The position numbers were made by a program, and so were the translations under genes. Shown piece by piece: positions 9,401 to 19,116 of a DNA stretch of 64,000 bases (position 1 is its first letter; every line of letters starts with the position of its first letter). The notes beneath the pieces were generated by a model. That model ran no database searches and was not told the DNA's origin. It worked only from the letters and a program-made list of their open reading frames with translations. This stretch comes from Vulcanimicrobiota bacterium (lineage in GTDB: Bacteria; Vulcanimicrobiota; Vulcanimicrobiia; Vulcanimicrobiales; Vulcanimicrobiaceae): the NCBI GenBank assembly GCA_963820825.1, contig CAWGBN010000007.1, forward strand, positions 96,001-160,000. The letters run 5' to 3'.

Positions 9401-12128
9401 TCTCGCCGCCCTCCACTTCCTGCGTCGCCGAGACGAAGGTCATCTTCTGCAGTTCTAGATGGACGCTGCGTCCGGAGATCACTCTGCCGTCGCCGTCGGT
9501 AACGATGACGCGAATCGGCATCGCCGAGCCGGCCTTCCCGACCGCGTCGGAGGCAAGGCCGATCGTCGCGTCGGCCGGGAGCGCAAGGAAACTCTTCGAG
9601 TCGGAGACCGAGAGATTCGAAACGTCGCTCGTCTCCATGTCGACGCGATAGGTCATTGGGAACGGCAGGTCGCGCGGCACGGCGACGTCGAGCGTGGTCG
9701 CGCCCCGTGCGTCGAGCGCCAAGTCGCGCTGCAGAACATCGGTATCGAACGACGGCGTCTGCTCGGGCCAGAACCATTGCGGACCGAACCAGAAGTCGTC
9801 CCAGCCCTTGGGCTGCACCGTCGCGACGTCGCGCGTGACGTACGCGTGCGCGGTTCCACCTTGCAACGGTGCGCCGAAGAGATAGGCTGCGGCGACGCCG
9901 GTGTGCACGCTCGATCCGGCCGTAGCCGAGGTCGCTCCCAGCGTCAGCGTGAGCTTGAAGTTCGGCGGTTTGAACTCCGCGACGCGCAGCGAGCCGTTGA
10001 TGTCGTTGCCGTTTGCGCCCTTCGCGTCGACCGTGTAGTATCCCAAAGCCTGCTGCTTTGAAAACGTAATGGGCATCGAGAAGACGCCGAACGCATCGGT
10101 CTTATACGTACCCAGGGCGGTCGCACCGTTGTTCGGATCGGTCAGCGTCACTTTATAGGGTGCGTTCGCATCGGCGACGACGCTCGAGCCTTTCACGTAG
10201 TATGCGATGCCGGTGACCTCGCCGCGTTCGCCCGGCTGATACATCGCGCGGTCGGTAAAGATCGTCCCGCGTGAGAGCGGCGCGCCGCTCGTCCATCCGC
10301 TCGACACATCGAAGCGCGAAACGCCGCTGTAATTCCAGACCGTGACCGTCGCGAGGTCGCTCCCCTCGGTGACGACGACGCCGAGGTTCGGGCCCGAATT
10401 CGACGTCGCTCCGACCGAACAGCGCTCCACGTCCACGCCGTAGAGATCGAGCTCGCCGCTCGAATCCGTCGTGCCTTGCGCGCACTGTTGGGGCGGAACT
10501 TTGGCGGCCTCGTCGAGACGATAGAGCGTTACGTTCGCGCCGCGAACGGGAGCGCCGTCGCTGAGATGCTGCACGAGAACCATGCCGCGCGCCGGGAACC
10601 ACTGCGCGAATACGCCGAGGTTGGTGAGTTGCACGATCCCGGTAAGGCTCGGATCGGAGGTCGGCGCGTCGAGCGCCGTGCGAAATCCGTACGCGAGCGC
10701 GCCGTACGCACCGCCCAGCTCCGATTGAATCGGAACGCGCACGACGCTCTGCACGTTGCGCCGCGCGCTGCCCAGCGTTCGCGACGGCCAGGTGGCGTAG
10801 GGCGGCAGCATCGAGAGCGCACCGGAGAACCCGAGCATCCGCGCCGGCATTACGCGTGCGTACGCGGCTTGATACCGGTTTCCGGGAAGGTTCGTCGCGT
10901 AGAAGTTCAACGCAATCGGCGCGCCGGCCGGGAAGACGTTCGTGCCGTTTGGGGCCCACGCGCCCGGCGCGAACTCGGTCGTGCGGATCGAGACGTGCTG
11001 CTCGCTACCGAGGCTCTGGCCGAAGACGTCCTTGACGCTGGCCGCGACCGTCGCGGTGTAGCTCTTATCGGGATCGAGCGCGTAGGGGTCGATGACGATC
11101 GCATTCGGTTGATAATCCGGCACGCTGACGAGCGTCTTTACGTTCGCCGGCGCGGGTGAGATCGTTACGGCGCCGGCGACCGACGGCGCGTCGAGCCCGT
11201 TGTTGAAGGTAATCACCGGATCGCCGCCGGCAAATCTTCCGCCGCTGCCGGGGCTGGCGCTCGGGGTCGGCACGATCGCGAGCGCGCCGTAGGTTCGTAC
11301 CGCGCCGGCGAACTGCTGCGTGGTCGTGAGATTGCCGTAGAGCGGCTCGACGCCCGGCGCGATCGCCAGCGCATAGTTCGTACCGCGCGTTAGTTCGCGG
11401 GTGGGACGCAGATCGTAGACCCACGTGCTGAGCGACGGATCGAAGCGTTCCTCGGCGCCGCCGCCGGGGTAGGGCGTCGGCTGCGCCTCCAGCGCTGCCG
11501 TGACCGCGACGCTCTCCCCGCCGCCGACGAGCGTCGCGTGCGCTGCCAGCGAGGCTTCGTCCACTGCAGCGTTCGCGGTGACTTGCAGCTTCGGGCTCAG
11601 ACCGACCGGCGGCGGAGTCGATTCGTCGTCCGTGACTTGAGTCTGCGGAAGGTTCGTAAAGCTCAGCGGCGCGGTTGCGAAGGTCCAGGCAAGATCGCGA
11701 TCGAGCGAGTCGCCGGCCAGGTCGCGCAGCCCCGCGCCGAGGGTGATCTGCACGCGCGTTCCGATCGGCAGCGCTTGATCGGCGACGAAGCCGATCATCC
11801 GGGGCGTCAAGACCGTGAAGTGGCCGCGAAGCGCCGGCGCGATCGAGAGGTGGCGCAGAACCTCCGTCGGCCCGGCGCCCGAGAGCGCCTCGACCGGGGT
11901 AACCGGCTTGGCAAAGACGATGCGAATCTGCGCGAGATTATCGGCGGTTCCGCTCGGAGAGATCGAAGTGATCCACGGCGGAAGCGACGGCTTCGGCAGT
12001 GCCGCCACCGGCGCCGGCTTCGTGCCGCTCGGCGCCGGGCCGCCGCACGAAACGAGGGCCGCCGCCGCGACGGCGACGCAGAGAAACCCGACATCCCGCA
12101 ACGGCGGTCTCCTGAAGGCAGAAGTCAC
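6465..12128 (-). CDS. Bacterial alpha-2-macroglobulin family lipoprotein (YfhM-like), apparently without thioester motif
   Basis: 1887 aa; lipobox LVSC; Ig-like N-terminal domains; FTDRAMYQPGE, VAEFKPP, PDDLTTWRVMA, DPLPAGFE and YLVRSVTPGTF motifs; adjacent to pbpC. Exact start uncertain. Confidence 0.93.
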   Translation of the reverse strand: MTSAFRRPPLRDVGFLCVAVAAAALVSCGGPAPSGTKPAPVAALPKPSLPPWITSISPSGTADNLAQIRIVFAKPVTPVEALSGAGPTEVLRHLSIAPALRGHFTVLTPRMIGFVADQALPIGTRVQITLGAGLRDLAGDSLDRDLAWTFATAPLSFTNLPQTQVTDDESTPPPVGLSPKLQVTANAAVDEASLAAHATLVGGGESVAVTAALEAQPTPYPGGGAEERFDPSLSTWVYDLRPTRELTRGTNYALAIAPGVEPLYGNLTTTQQFAGAVRTYGALAIVPTPSASPGSGGRFAGGDPVITFNNGLDAPSVAGAVTISPAPANVKTLVSVPDYQPNAIVIDPYALDPDKSYTATVAASVKDVFGQSLGSEQHVSIRTTEFAPGAWAPNGTNVFPAGAPIALNFYATNLPGNRYQAAYARVMPARMLGFSGALSMLPPYATWPSRTLGSARRNVQSVVRVPIQSELGGAYGALAYGFRTALDAPTSDPSLTGIVQLTNLGVFAQWFPARGMVLVQHLSDGAPVRGANVTLYRLDEAAKVPPQQCAQGTTDSSGELDLYGVDVERCSVGATSNSGPNLGVVVTEGSDLATVTVWNYSGVSRFDVSSGWTSGAPLSRGTIFTDRAMYQPGERGEVTGIAYYVKGSSVVADANAPYKVTLTDPNNGATALGTYKTDAFGVFSMPITFSKQQALGYYTVDAKGANGNDINGSLRVAEFKPPNFKLTLTLGATSATAGSSVHTGVAAAYLFGAPLQGGTAHAYVTRDVATVQPKGWDDFWFGPQWFWPEQTPSFDTDVLQRDLALDARGATTLDVAVPRDLPFPMTYRVDMETSDVSNLSVSDSKSFLALPADATIGLASDAVGKAGSAMPIRVIVTDGDGRVISGRSVHLELQKMTFVSATQEVEGGENAQQSIKYDTVGSADVTSGDDPVTAQLTPSETGVYRVFANFGGARDAASATSIQVFAFGPGEADWGLSDPNAVAVKLDKKQYAIGETATALVASPYAKADVYFAVVRNDALYRTTLRGVSGAIHVDFKVTPAMLPNAAVEAVVVNRDPHAARASSSADARLALTGMTAFNVDLGDRYLKLAIAPRDATVHPGAAQQVRFTLTGRSGAPVHGEIVAMVVNDAILQLSGYRLPDLVQTVFAQQPIAAIFADNRENVTLKTQTPPLEKGYGYGGGYLAGAASTRVRTNFRPLAYYGVLQTDAAGHASAGLTMPDDLTTWRVMAVALQQDRAHFGSADATFVSTQPLIANPLLPQFARPGDHFDLGISIANQTGAAGPLDLVLKLTGALSFAAGDPRTQQPAERAATGVQAFRFPVTVGTPAPSTLDARAMLSTHGDAFSVPFTARERESADSVIESGATRGGVSIPIALTSGGTLQVTLANSIVPQFVTPSERVMTVDSLPLADESASRLAIASALRRLREPYRLKLAFDPDAEISTNLTQLLSYERGDGGFGAYVNAKESDPFATAGALEALTFARAQGATVPSAPVASAAAFMARALADPNVFKWCARDPLCKAQLRFEALWALASTGPPRSDFLAEIVAQSNDFDSATQIRLARYLLRVPGWQSRGAAMAQRLRQSLYVTGRYATASISTRWSWLGSLVDAQSQMLQLLLEQHAPVEQLDGAVRALVAQQCRCGWPTTDDTASAVTALAAYAATERLAPATATASVGSRTLGTARFGSTASSQTFSVPAAELRGSAIAIRSQGGAAHYLVLYTYPVAANAPGELAAFRVVRVLSDPSAATSANTTPLSTMDLATALPVSVAAGRVFDIGVRTIVDHPVDRLVIDDPLPAGFEAVDTTFRTSLQAIVPQSNSWQIDTSQIYRDRVVAYAQHLDPGVYELHYLVRSVTPGTFAWPGAHAYLQDAPEQFGRSAGSTLNVTE

Positions 12129-12160
12129 GTCCTTGCCGTCGTAGATTCAATGCAGCGACG

Positions 12161-14347
12161 ATGAAACTCTTTGCGTGGATCGTTCCCGTTTCGCTCTTGA
12201 CGGCGCTGTTCGCACTCTATCTGGGCGGAATCGACGTTTCAATGCTGCGCGCGCCCGCGGAATCGGTCACCTTCACCGATCGCAACGGCGGCCTTCTCGG
12301 AACCGTGCTCGGTTCGGGCGCCTCGCACGTTGCCGGCGTGCCGCTCGCATCCGTCTCGCCGCTCTTTCTCGAGGCGATCGTCGCCGCCGAAGACGCGAGA
12401 TTCTGGCAGCACGGCGCAATCGACGTTCCGGCACTGCTGCGCGCAACGCGCGATTTCATCATCTACGGAGAGGCGCGCAGCGGCGGCTCGACGATCGCGA
12501 TGCAGCTCGCGCGCCTGCTGAACCCCGCGCCTTCGACGATCCGCGGAAAGCTCGAACAGATCGCCGCGGCAGAGCGCATCGCGATGATCTCGAGCAAGGC
12601 GGCAATTCTCCAGCAATACGTCAACCGCGTTCCGATGGGCGGGAACATCTACGGAGTCGAAGCCGCGGCTCGAAGCTATTTCGGGGAGTCCTCGGCCGAT
12701 CTCGATCTCGCGCAGGCCTCGCTCTTAGCGGCGATTCCCAACGATCCGGCAAATCTCGCTCCCGGCGACGATTGGAGGGCGCTGCGCGCGCGCCAGCGCT
12801 TCATCTTGCAACGGATGGCGGCGCTGCGCGAGATCGCGCCCGGCGACGCGGCCATTGCATTCGCCGAGACGCTCCACGTACGGCGGCGAGAGTCCGGCAT
12901 CGCCGGCGCTCCGCATGCCGTCTTCTTTCTCGCCCGAGCGACGCCGAGAGCCGGCGGCCGCGTGCGCACGACGATCGACGCAGCGCTGCAGCGATTCGTT
13001 CAAGCGCAAACCGAAGACGTCGTCGGCGCGCTCGCGCAGTATCACGTCACCGACGGCGCCGCGCTCGTGGTCGATAATCGTTCCGGTGAGGTGCTCGCCT
13101 ACGTCGGATCACCCGACTACTTCTCCGCCGGCGTGCTCGGAAGCAACGACGGCGTCCAGGCGCTGCGCCAACCCGGCTCCTCGCTCAAGCCGTTCACCTA
13201 CGAGCTCGCGCTCGAGCGAGGCACGATCGCGTCGACGTCGATCCTCTCCGACGCGCCCGCGGCGTACGCACTCCCGGGCGGACGACTCTACCAGCCCGTC
13301 GATTACAGCGGCCGCTTCAGCGGATCCGTGCGCGTGCGCTATGCGCTCGCAAACTCGCTCAACGCGCCGGCGGTACAGGTGCTCTCCTCGCTCGGCGTCG
13401 GAACGCTGCTCGACCGGATGCACCAGCTCGGCTTTGCGCATCTCGACCGCCCTGCGTCCTACTATGGACTCGGGCTGACGCTCGGCAGCGGCGAGGTCAG
13501 CCTTTGGGAGCTCGTGCAAGCCTACGCGACGATCGCGCGCGGCGGCGATGCGCTTCCGCTGACGCTCGTCGCGGGAGCGCCCACGATGCCGGCTCGCGTC
13601 GGGCGGACCGCGTACTGGCAGCTCGTCACCGATATGCTCGCCGACCCGTACGCCCGTGCAAAATCCTTCGGCGTCGGCTCGGTCTTACAGATGCCGTTTC
13701 CCGCCGCGGTGAAGACCGGCACCTCATCCGATTATCGCGATACCTGGACGATCGGATTCACGCGCGACTACACGGTCGGCACGTGGGTCGGGAACTTCGA
13801 CGGGAGTCCGATGCGCGGCGTCTCCGGCGTCACCGGAGCCGGGCCGCTCTGGAACCGGATCATGTTGCATCTGTACGAGCGCAACGACGATCCGCCGCCC
13901 TTCCCCGCACCGCGCGGCTTCGTTCGCGCGACCATCTGTGCGACGACCGGGCGCGCTCCCGCGCCGCACGCGCACTGCCCGGGTGTCGTTCGCGAGTGGG
14001 TCTTGCCGCACGATCTTGCGGCGGTCGAGCGTCCCGCGGCGGGCGAAGGGCTGCGCATTCTCTTTCCGCGCGACGGCGACGTCTTCGTTCGCGAGACTGC
14101 TGCCGGCGCGCTCGGCCGCAGCGAAGAGCAGCTCGCGCTGCGCGCCGCCGACGCGGCCGGCCCGGTACGGTGGAGCGTGGAGGGCGCACCCCTCGCCCTC
14201 GATGCCAACGGCAATGCATTCTGGCCGCTGCGTCTGGGCACGTGGCGCATCAGCGCGCACGACGGCACGCAGAACGAGACGGTTACCATCCGCGTCGTTC
14301 CCCCGCCGCGACGCGCGCAGCCGGGATTTACTCGGAAGTCCGGCTGA
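12161..14347 (+). CDS. pbpC: Penicillin-binding protein 1C
   Basis: Transglycosylase EDARF..H and GGSTIAMQLAR; transpeptidase SSLK, SLN and KTG; N-terminal anchor; next to the alpha-2-macroglobulin. Confidence 0.92.
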   Translation: MKLFAWIVPVSLLTALFALYLGGIDVSMLRAPAESVTFTDRNGGLLGTVLGSGASHVAGVPLASVSPLFLEAIVAAEDARFWQHGAIDVPALLRATRDFIIYGEARSGGSTIAMQLARLLNPAPSTIRGKLEQIAAAERIAMISSKAAILQQYVNRVPMGGNIYGVEAAARSYFGESSADLDLAQASLLAAIPNDPANLAPGDDWRALRARQRFILQRMAALREIAPGDAAIAFAETLHVRRRESGIAGAPHAVFFLARATPRAGGRVRTTIDAALQRFVQAQTEDVVGALAQYHVTDGAALVVDNRSGEVLAYVGSPDYFSAGVLGSNDGVQALRQPGSSLKPFTYELALERGTIASTSILSDAPAAYALPGGRLYQPVDYSGRFSGSVRVRYALANSLNAPAVQVLSSLGVGTLLDRMHQLGFAHLDRPASYYGLGLTLGSGEVSLWELVQAYATIARGGDALPLTLVAGAPTMPARVGRTAYWQLVTDMLADPYARAKSFGVGSVLQMPFPAAVKTGTSSDYRDTWTIGFTRDYTVGTWVGNFDGSPMRGVSGVTGAGPLWNRIMLHLYERNDDPPPFPAPRGFVRATICATTGRAPAPHAHCPGVVREWVLPHDLAAVERPAAGEGLRILFPRDGDVFVRETAAGALGRSEEQLALRAADAAGPVRWSVEGAPLALDANGNAFWPLRLGTWRISAHDGTQNETVTIRVVPPPRRAQPGFTRKSG

Positions 14348-16083
14348 TTTCGTAGGCGACGTGTGCTCGCAGCGTATCGAGCGTCATCGAACCGCTATCG
14401 ATCAGCCACGCGTGAAAGCGGCGAATGTCGAAAGCGCTTCCGAGCTTCTTGCGCGCCTCTTCGCGGATCGCGAGCATGGTGAGCTCGCCGGTCTTATACG
14501 CGAGCGCCTGTCCCGGAATATCGGTCGAGTACCGCAACGATTCGCTGGCAATCTGCGCGTCGCTTAAGGTGAGGTTCTCGCGCATGTACTGCATCGCGCG
14601 CTCGCGGCTCCAGCCCAGCGCGTTCATCCCGGTATCGACGACGAGCCGGGTCGAGACCATCAGATCCTGCATGATCCGTCCGGCCTTGTCGTAGGGCGTT
14701 CGATAGACGCCCATATCCCAGCAGAGCTGCGAAGCGTACTCGCCCCATCCTTCGACGAAACCGGTCTCGCTGAAATCGTAGCGCCGCACGTCGGGCAATG
14801 CCGCGTTCTCTTGCTGGAGCGCGATCTGAAAGTGATGTCCCGGGATGAGCTCGTGACAGATCAGCGCACCGGCTCCCAGCATCGAGGTTCGTTCCGGATG
14901 CCAGGCATTGTAGTAGTAGATGCCTTTCGGCCGCGCGGCCTTGGGCTGATCGTAGTAGCCGAACGTCTGCGATCCCGCGAGCGCCTGCGGTAGCGGCGCG
15001 ACGCCGTACGGCGCGGTCGGCGTGTGCAGGAAATACTGCGGCACTGCAGCCTGCGCGCGACCGACGTAGAGCTCGAGGCGATCGCCGAACTCTTGGGGCG
15101 TCTTCGGAAAGAAACGCGGATCGTGCGCCAGATACCGCTTGAACTCTGCGAGCGTCCCGCTAAAGCCCACCTGAGCGCGGATTCCATTCAACTCGGCGTT
15201 GAGCCGGCCGACCTCGGTGAGTCCGCGCGCGTGAAGTGCCTCCGGCGTCGTCGTCAGCGTCGTATAGGCAAGAATCAGATGTTGGTAGTACTCGCGCCCT
15301 CCGGGATACTGCGAGAGCCCGACCCCGGCCGGGGCGCCCGACCGGTACGCGCCGCCGAGATACTCGGCAACGCCGTTGAAGGCCGGCACGACTTCTTGCG
15401 TTACGATCGTCTGCGCCTGCGCCTTGAACGCGACGCGATCGGCCGCGGCGACCGCGCCGAGCCGCGCGTCGTCGGGGACGAGCGCTCCGCTCTGCGCCGG
15501 GGCCGCATACGCCGCGAAAGACCGCCGCCGCAGCACTGCTCTCGACGTCGGGGAGAACGATGCCGCGCGCGTGCTGGCCTTCGAGGAAGGCTCGCATCGA
15601 GCGCACCAAGGCCGCGTCCTGATGCAGCAGCGAGAGATATCGCGCGGTATCGTCGGGTTGGGCGAACCGGAAGCTCGTCAAGAGACCGGAGATCGCGCTG
15701 AGCTGCAAGCCGCCCGCATACGGCGTCGCTTGCTGTACCAGCCAATAATACTTGCGCGACGCGACGACGCCCGCTGCCAAGTATTTCAGCGTGCGGTAGG
15801 TCAGCCACCGGTCGTGATCGAGCCTCTCGGAATCGACCCGCGCCAGCGCGTCGAGGACGCCCTGCGCGAACTCCGCGTCGCGCTGCGCTTCGTCGAGCGC
15901 GATCGGCCGGACCGTTTCGACCGGTAGACCGAGCTGCGATCGAAGATTGTAATCGGTCTGCAGTTCGTGCTGCCAATAGCGCGCGGCGAGATCGTCGACC
16001 GCCGTCGCGTTCGGGTCGCTGGTCGCCGCCGTCGTCGCGGTCGCCACGAGCGCGGCCATCAGGAGCGTTACGTATGCCTTCAC
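14328..16083 (-). CDS. DUF885 family secreted metallopeptidase-like protein, split by one frameshift near 15517
   Basis: Signal peptide at GTG 16083; HELIPGHHFQ, FVEGWGEY, RLVVDTGM and PGQALAYK motifs. Removing one base from the AAA at 15517-15519 restores ..AVFAAYAAP.., so probably a sequencing indel. Confidence 0.85.
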
Positions 16084-16095
16084 GCTCCCATTATA
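16084..16095 (-). promoter_or_regulatory. -10 box TATAAT 6 nt upstream of the DUF885 GTG (leaderless-type promoter)
   Basis: Minus strand TATAAT-GGGAGC-GTG. Confidence 0.55.
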
Positions 16096-16110
16096 GAAGC
16101 CGAGCCCCGC

Positions 16111-17280
16111 TTAGTAAAAGAACTGCTGGAGCTGGTTGAATCCCGGGCCGAAGGCCCAGCCCATGCGTTTGCCCGGATTGATCGCCGGCGGCGGCTCTGC
16201 GATCGCGAACTTGAAGCCGGTGATCGTCTCGACCACGTTCCCCGATTCGTCGTAGACGACGATCGCGCTGCCCTGACTCCCGTTGCAATAGAACGAATCG
16301 GTCACCAGAAATAGACCGTTGACGGGGTCGCTCGCGATTCCCGCGCCGCTGTTGCCCTGCGAGGCATTGCCTGTGCACGGAAGCTGGACCGCGGTGCCCG
16401 TCTGTTGGGCGAGATTGTAAAACTCGACCTGCGCGTTGAGCTCCGTCGTCGTCGCGGCGATTCCGGTCCTCGAATCGACGGCCAGTCCGTTGACGAATCC
16501 CGAGCCGAACGGACCCTCGTTCAAACCCGTGAACTGCGTCTGCTTTCCCGTCTTCAGGTTGACGAGCACGTTGATCGGCGCCTCGCCGCCGACCCTGCCG
16601 CCGTCCGGAGAGGTCGCGATGACGGCCTGATTCGTTGCCGTATCTTGAGCGAACTGCGGTCCGTCTCCGAGTGAGAAAGTGCTCGGATTGAGGTGGATGA
16701 CCTTGCCGAACGTGTTCTTCGCGACGTTCGACGAGAAGAGAATCGGGACGTCGTCGTTCTGCAGCTCGATCGCGAAGATCGCCGTCTTGCCGGTCGTCTG
16801 ATTCGGGCCGGCCCCCTCGACTTGAATGTCGGTCACCGGCGGCGTCCACTTTCCGGTGAACTTCCCCGCGGTCGCCGGATTCATCACGTTGTAGAAGCGT
16901 TTGGCGAAGATCGAGCCCTTTGGCACCACGTATCGCGTGACCAACCCGACGTCGCCGGCGGAGATGTTGACGAAGCTGTACGACGTTCCACTCGGAACGC
17001 GCTTGGGGAAGACCTTGGTGATCTGCCCGGTATCCTGATCGAACGTCTCGATGCTCGATGCAGTCGCGATCACCCCGTCGTTGCCGTTCTGGTTGATGTC
17101 GAAGCCGAAGATTTGACCGCCCTTTTGGCTCGAGAGCACCTTCCCGAGTCCGACGGTGTGGTGTCCCGCCTGACGTGCGGCGGGGAGCTGGGCGCCTGAC
17201 GGAGCGAGCGGCGGCGCCGAGGCGCCGCCGCTGCAGGCTGCTAGGAGAACTGTAACTACGAAGACGTGCGTAACCTTCAT
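16111..17280 (-). CDS. Hypothetical lipoprotein, probable beta-propeller
   Basis: Lipobox LAAC; repeated GLAVD/GIASD and IVVYD blade-like motifs; ATGA overlap with the upstream gene. Confidence 0.8.
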   Translation of the reverse strand: MKVTHVFVVTVLLAACSGGASAPPLAPSGAQLPAARQAGHHTVGLGKVLSSQKGGQIFGFDINQNGNDGVIATASSIETFDQDTGQITKVFPKRVPSGTSYSFVNISAGDVGLVTRYVVPKGSIFAKRFYNVMNPATAGKFTGKWTPPVTDIQVEGAGPNQTTGKTAIFAIELQNDDVPILFSSNVAKNTFGKVIHLNPSTFSLGDGPQFAQDTATNQAVIATSPDGGRVGGEAPINVLVNLKTGKQTQFTGLNEGPFGSGFVNGLAVDSRTGIAATTTELNAQVEFYNLAQQTGTAVQLPCTGNASQGNSGAGIASDPVNGLFLVTDSFYCNGSQGSAIVVYDESGNVVETITGFKFAIAEPPPAINPGKRMGWAFGPGFNQLQQFFY

Positions 17281-18398
17281 CGTTCCAGAACCTGCAGATT
17301 GTTATCGTTGTCGTCGTTGAAGTACACTCTTTGGTTCTTGATCTCGTTGCCCGTCGTGACGATCCCGAAGAGCGCGCCGGCCGCGCCTTTATCCACGTTG
17401 CGAACGTCCATCACTCTGCCGCTGCGCGAGAGTTCGACCATGAGGTTCTGACCGCTCGGATTGCTGGTGTTGCCGACGACGATGTTGCCGTTGGCGAGCA
17501 GCGCCGCGCTGATCGGACCGTCGAGCGGCTTACCCGAGTAGAGCAGCCGCGCGTTCGAGGCTGAGGGACCCGAGAAGCTCTTCCCGCCTTTGCCGACGAC
17601 GATTCCGCCGGCCGGGATCGAGCTCACACTCGCAAACGCAACGACGGTATTATTCGTTCCATCCACGATGTAGAGCGTATCGATGCCGGGATCGTAGGTC
17701 AAGCCGGAGGGACCGAAGATGCTGCCCGGCTTGCCGTGATTGACGGCAAAGCCTTTCGCGATGACGTCGTAGGTGAACTTCGAACCGAGGTTGATGCGCA
17801 CGATCGTTCCGTCTCCGGCGTTCGACTCGTAGAACGCGGGATTCCCCGACTCCGGCTCCGCGTAGATCTGTCCCCACGGACGATCGAACTTCTTGCCTTT
17901 GATGTTCGCCTCGAGCTTGCCCGAGGGCGAGAGCACCGGATTGTCGTCGGCAGCAAAAGCCGCGGCCCAGATGTCGTCGGCCGGGCCTAGCGCAAGCGCG
18001 TCACATCCCAGCAATACTTTCTTGTCGGCCGAGATCAGCGTTGGTTTTGAGCCCGGCTTCGGATGAAGCGCGACGATCGTATAGCCCGTTCCTTGCACGT
18101 TGCTCTTGGCGTTGAAGTTGCAGACGACGAGGTCGCCCTGTTGGAAGGCGCCCGTCGTCGTCGCAGCGACGCTGAGGCCGTATGGATTGAGCTGATGCAG
18201 TTTCGGATCGACCGTCGAGCCGATCACGACTTGCTTCTTGAGCATCTTGAGCATCGAGTACTCTTTCTGCGGCTCGATCCTGCGCAGAGTTCCCGCACCG
18301 CCGCTCTGCGCCGGTAGCATGGCGCCATGGCCGCAGCCGGCCGCGGCGACGAGAAAGAGTGCTGCAGCGATGCCGGTGGTCGTCCGGGAGAGAAGCAT
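17277..18398 (-). CDS. Hypothetical lipoprotein, NHL/beta-propeller-like
   Basis: GGAGG RBS; lipobox AAGC; NPYGL and GPSGLTYD..TLYIVD motifs. Confidence 0.8.
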   Translation of the reverse strand: MLLSRTTTGIAAALFLVAAAGCGHGAMLPAQSGGAGTLRRIEPQKEYSMLKMLKKQVVIGSTVDPKLHQLNPYGLSVAATTTGAFQQGDLVVCNFNAKSNVQGTGYTIVALHPKPGSKPTLISADKKVLLGCDALALGPADDIWAAAFAADDNPVLSPSGKLEANIKGKKFDRPWGQIYAEPESGNPAFYESNAGDGTIVRINLGSKFTYDVIAKGFAVNHGKPGSIFGPSGLTYDPGIDTLYIVDGTNNTVVAFASVSSIPAGGIVVGKGGKSFSGPSASNARLLYSGKPLDGPISAALLANGNIVVGNTSNPSGQNLMVELSRSGRVMDVRNVDKGAAGALFGIVTTGNEIKNQRVYFNDDNDNNLQVLER

Positions 18399-18498
18399 AC
18401 GGGCCTCCGATTCGGCTAAGAGCCTCTTACGCTAGGACCGGTGCATGAAAAAACTCTGAAACGCCCGCGTCACGCCGCTGCAAGCTTGCTGCGCGACG

Positions 18499-19116
18499 AT
18501 GGCGACGATGCAGAAGGACGCACTCGCAATCGCGCGTCGCCTCTTCGAGTACGAACGTGGACGGGCGGCGGAGAACGAGGTCGTCGAGACGCTGCTGCGA
18601 TTCGGCCGGGGAGCGCTCGCGTACGCGGTACGCAGCCACGTGCGCGTCATGCTGCTCCATCCCGGCGAGCTCTACCGGCAAGCGTCGCAAGCGCTGGCCC
18701 GCTTGGGCATCGACGTCGATGCGTGGCCGGCGCCTCCGGCCGGTCTCTTCGTCGTCGAGGAACGCGCGCTCTATCTGCGGTCGCGAAGTCCGATGACCGT
18801 CGCGCACGAGTTCGGTCACGCGCTCGACTGCGCGCTCGGCGGCGGCGTCTATCGCAGCGGCATCGATCCGCAGGTGCGAGCGCTCTTTGCCAACGCGACG
18901 AGTTTCGTCACGCCGTACGCGGCGACCGGCGTGGACGAATATTTCGCCGAGTCGCTGCGTGCCTACGTCGAAGCGAACGACGCCGCCTCGCCGTGGCCGC
19001 GCGCGACGCGCGCTCGGTTGCGCCACGGCGACCCGGGAATGCACGAATACGTCGAGCTGCTCTTCGAGCGCGATTTCGGCGAGCGCCCGCAGGCACGCAA
19101 AGTCGTCTCTATTTAA
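18499..19116 (+). CDS. Zinc metallopeptidase, ATLF/PPEP- or MtfA(M90)-like zincin
   Basis: HEFGHALD plus downstream PYAATGVDEYFAES third-ligand motif; no signal peptide. Confidence 0.8.
   Translation: MATMQKDALAIARRLFEYERGRAAENEVVETLLRFGRGALAYAVRSHVRVMLLHPGELYRQASQALARLGIDVDAWPAPPAGLFVVEERALYLRSRSPMTVAHEFGHALDCALGGGVYRSGIDPQVRALFANATSFVTPYAATGVDEYFAESLRAYVEANDAASPWPRATRARLRHGDPGMHEYVELLFERDFGERPQARKVVSI

Noticed and set aside
14328..16083. Two separate genes at the DUF885 locus
   Set aside because: A single-base removal in a homopolymer at 15517-15519 joins them into one typical-length DUF885 protein.
18499..19116. Anthrax-like toxin
   Set aside because: Only the zincin motif is shared; no signal peptide, PA-binding domain or translocation partner.
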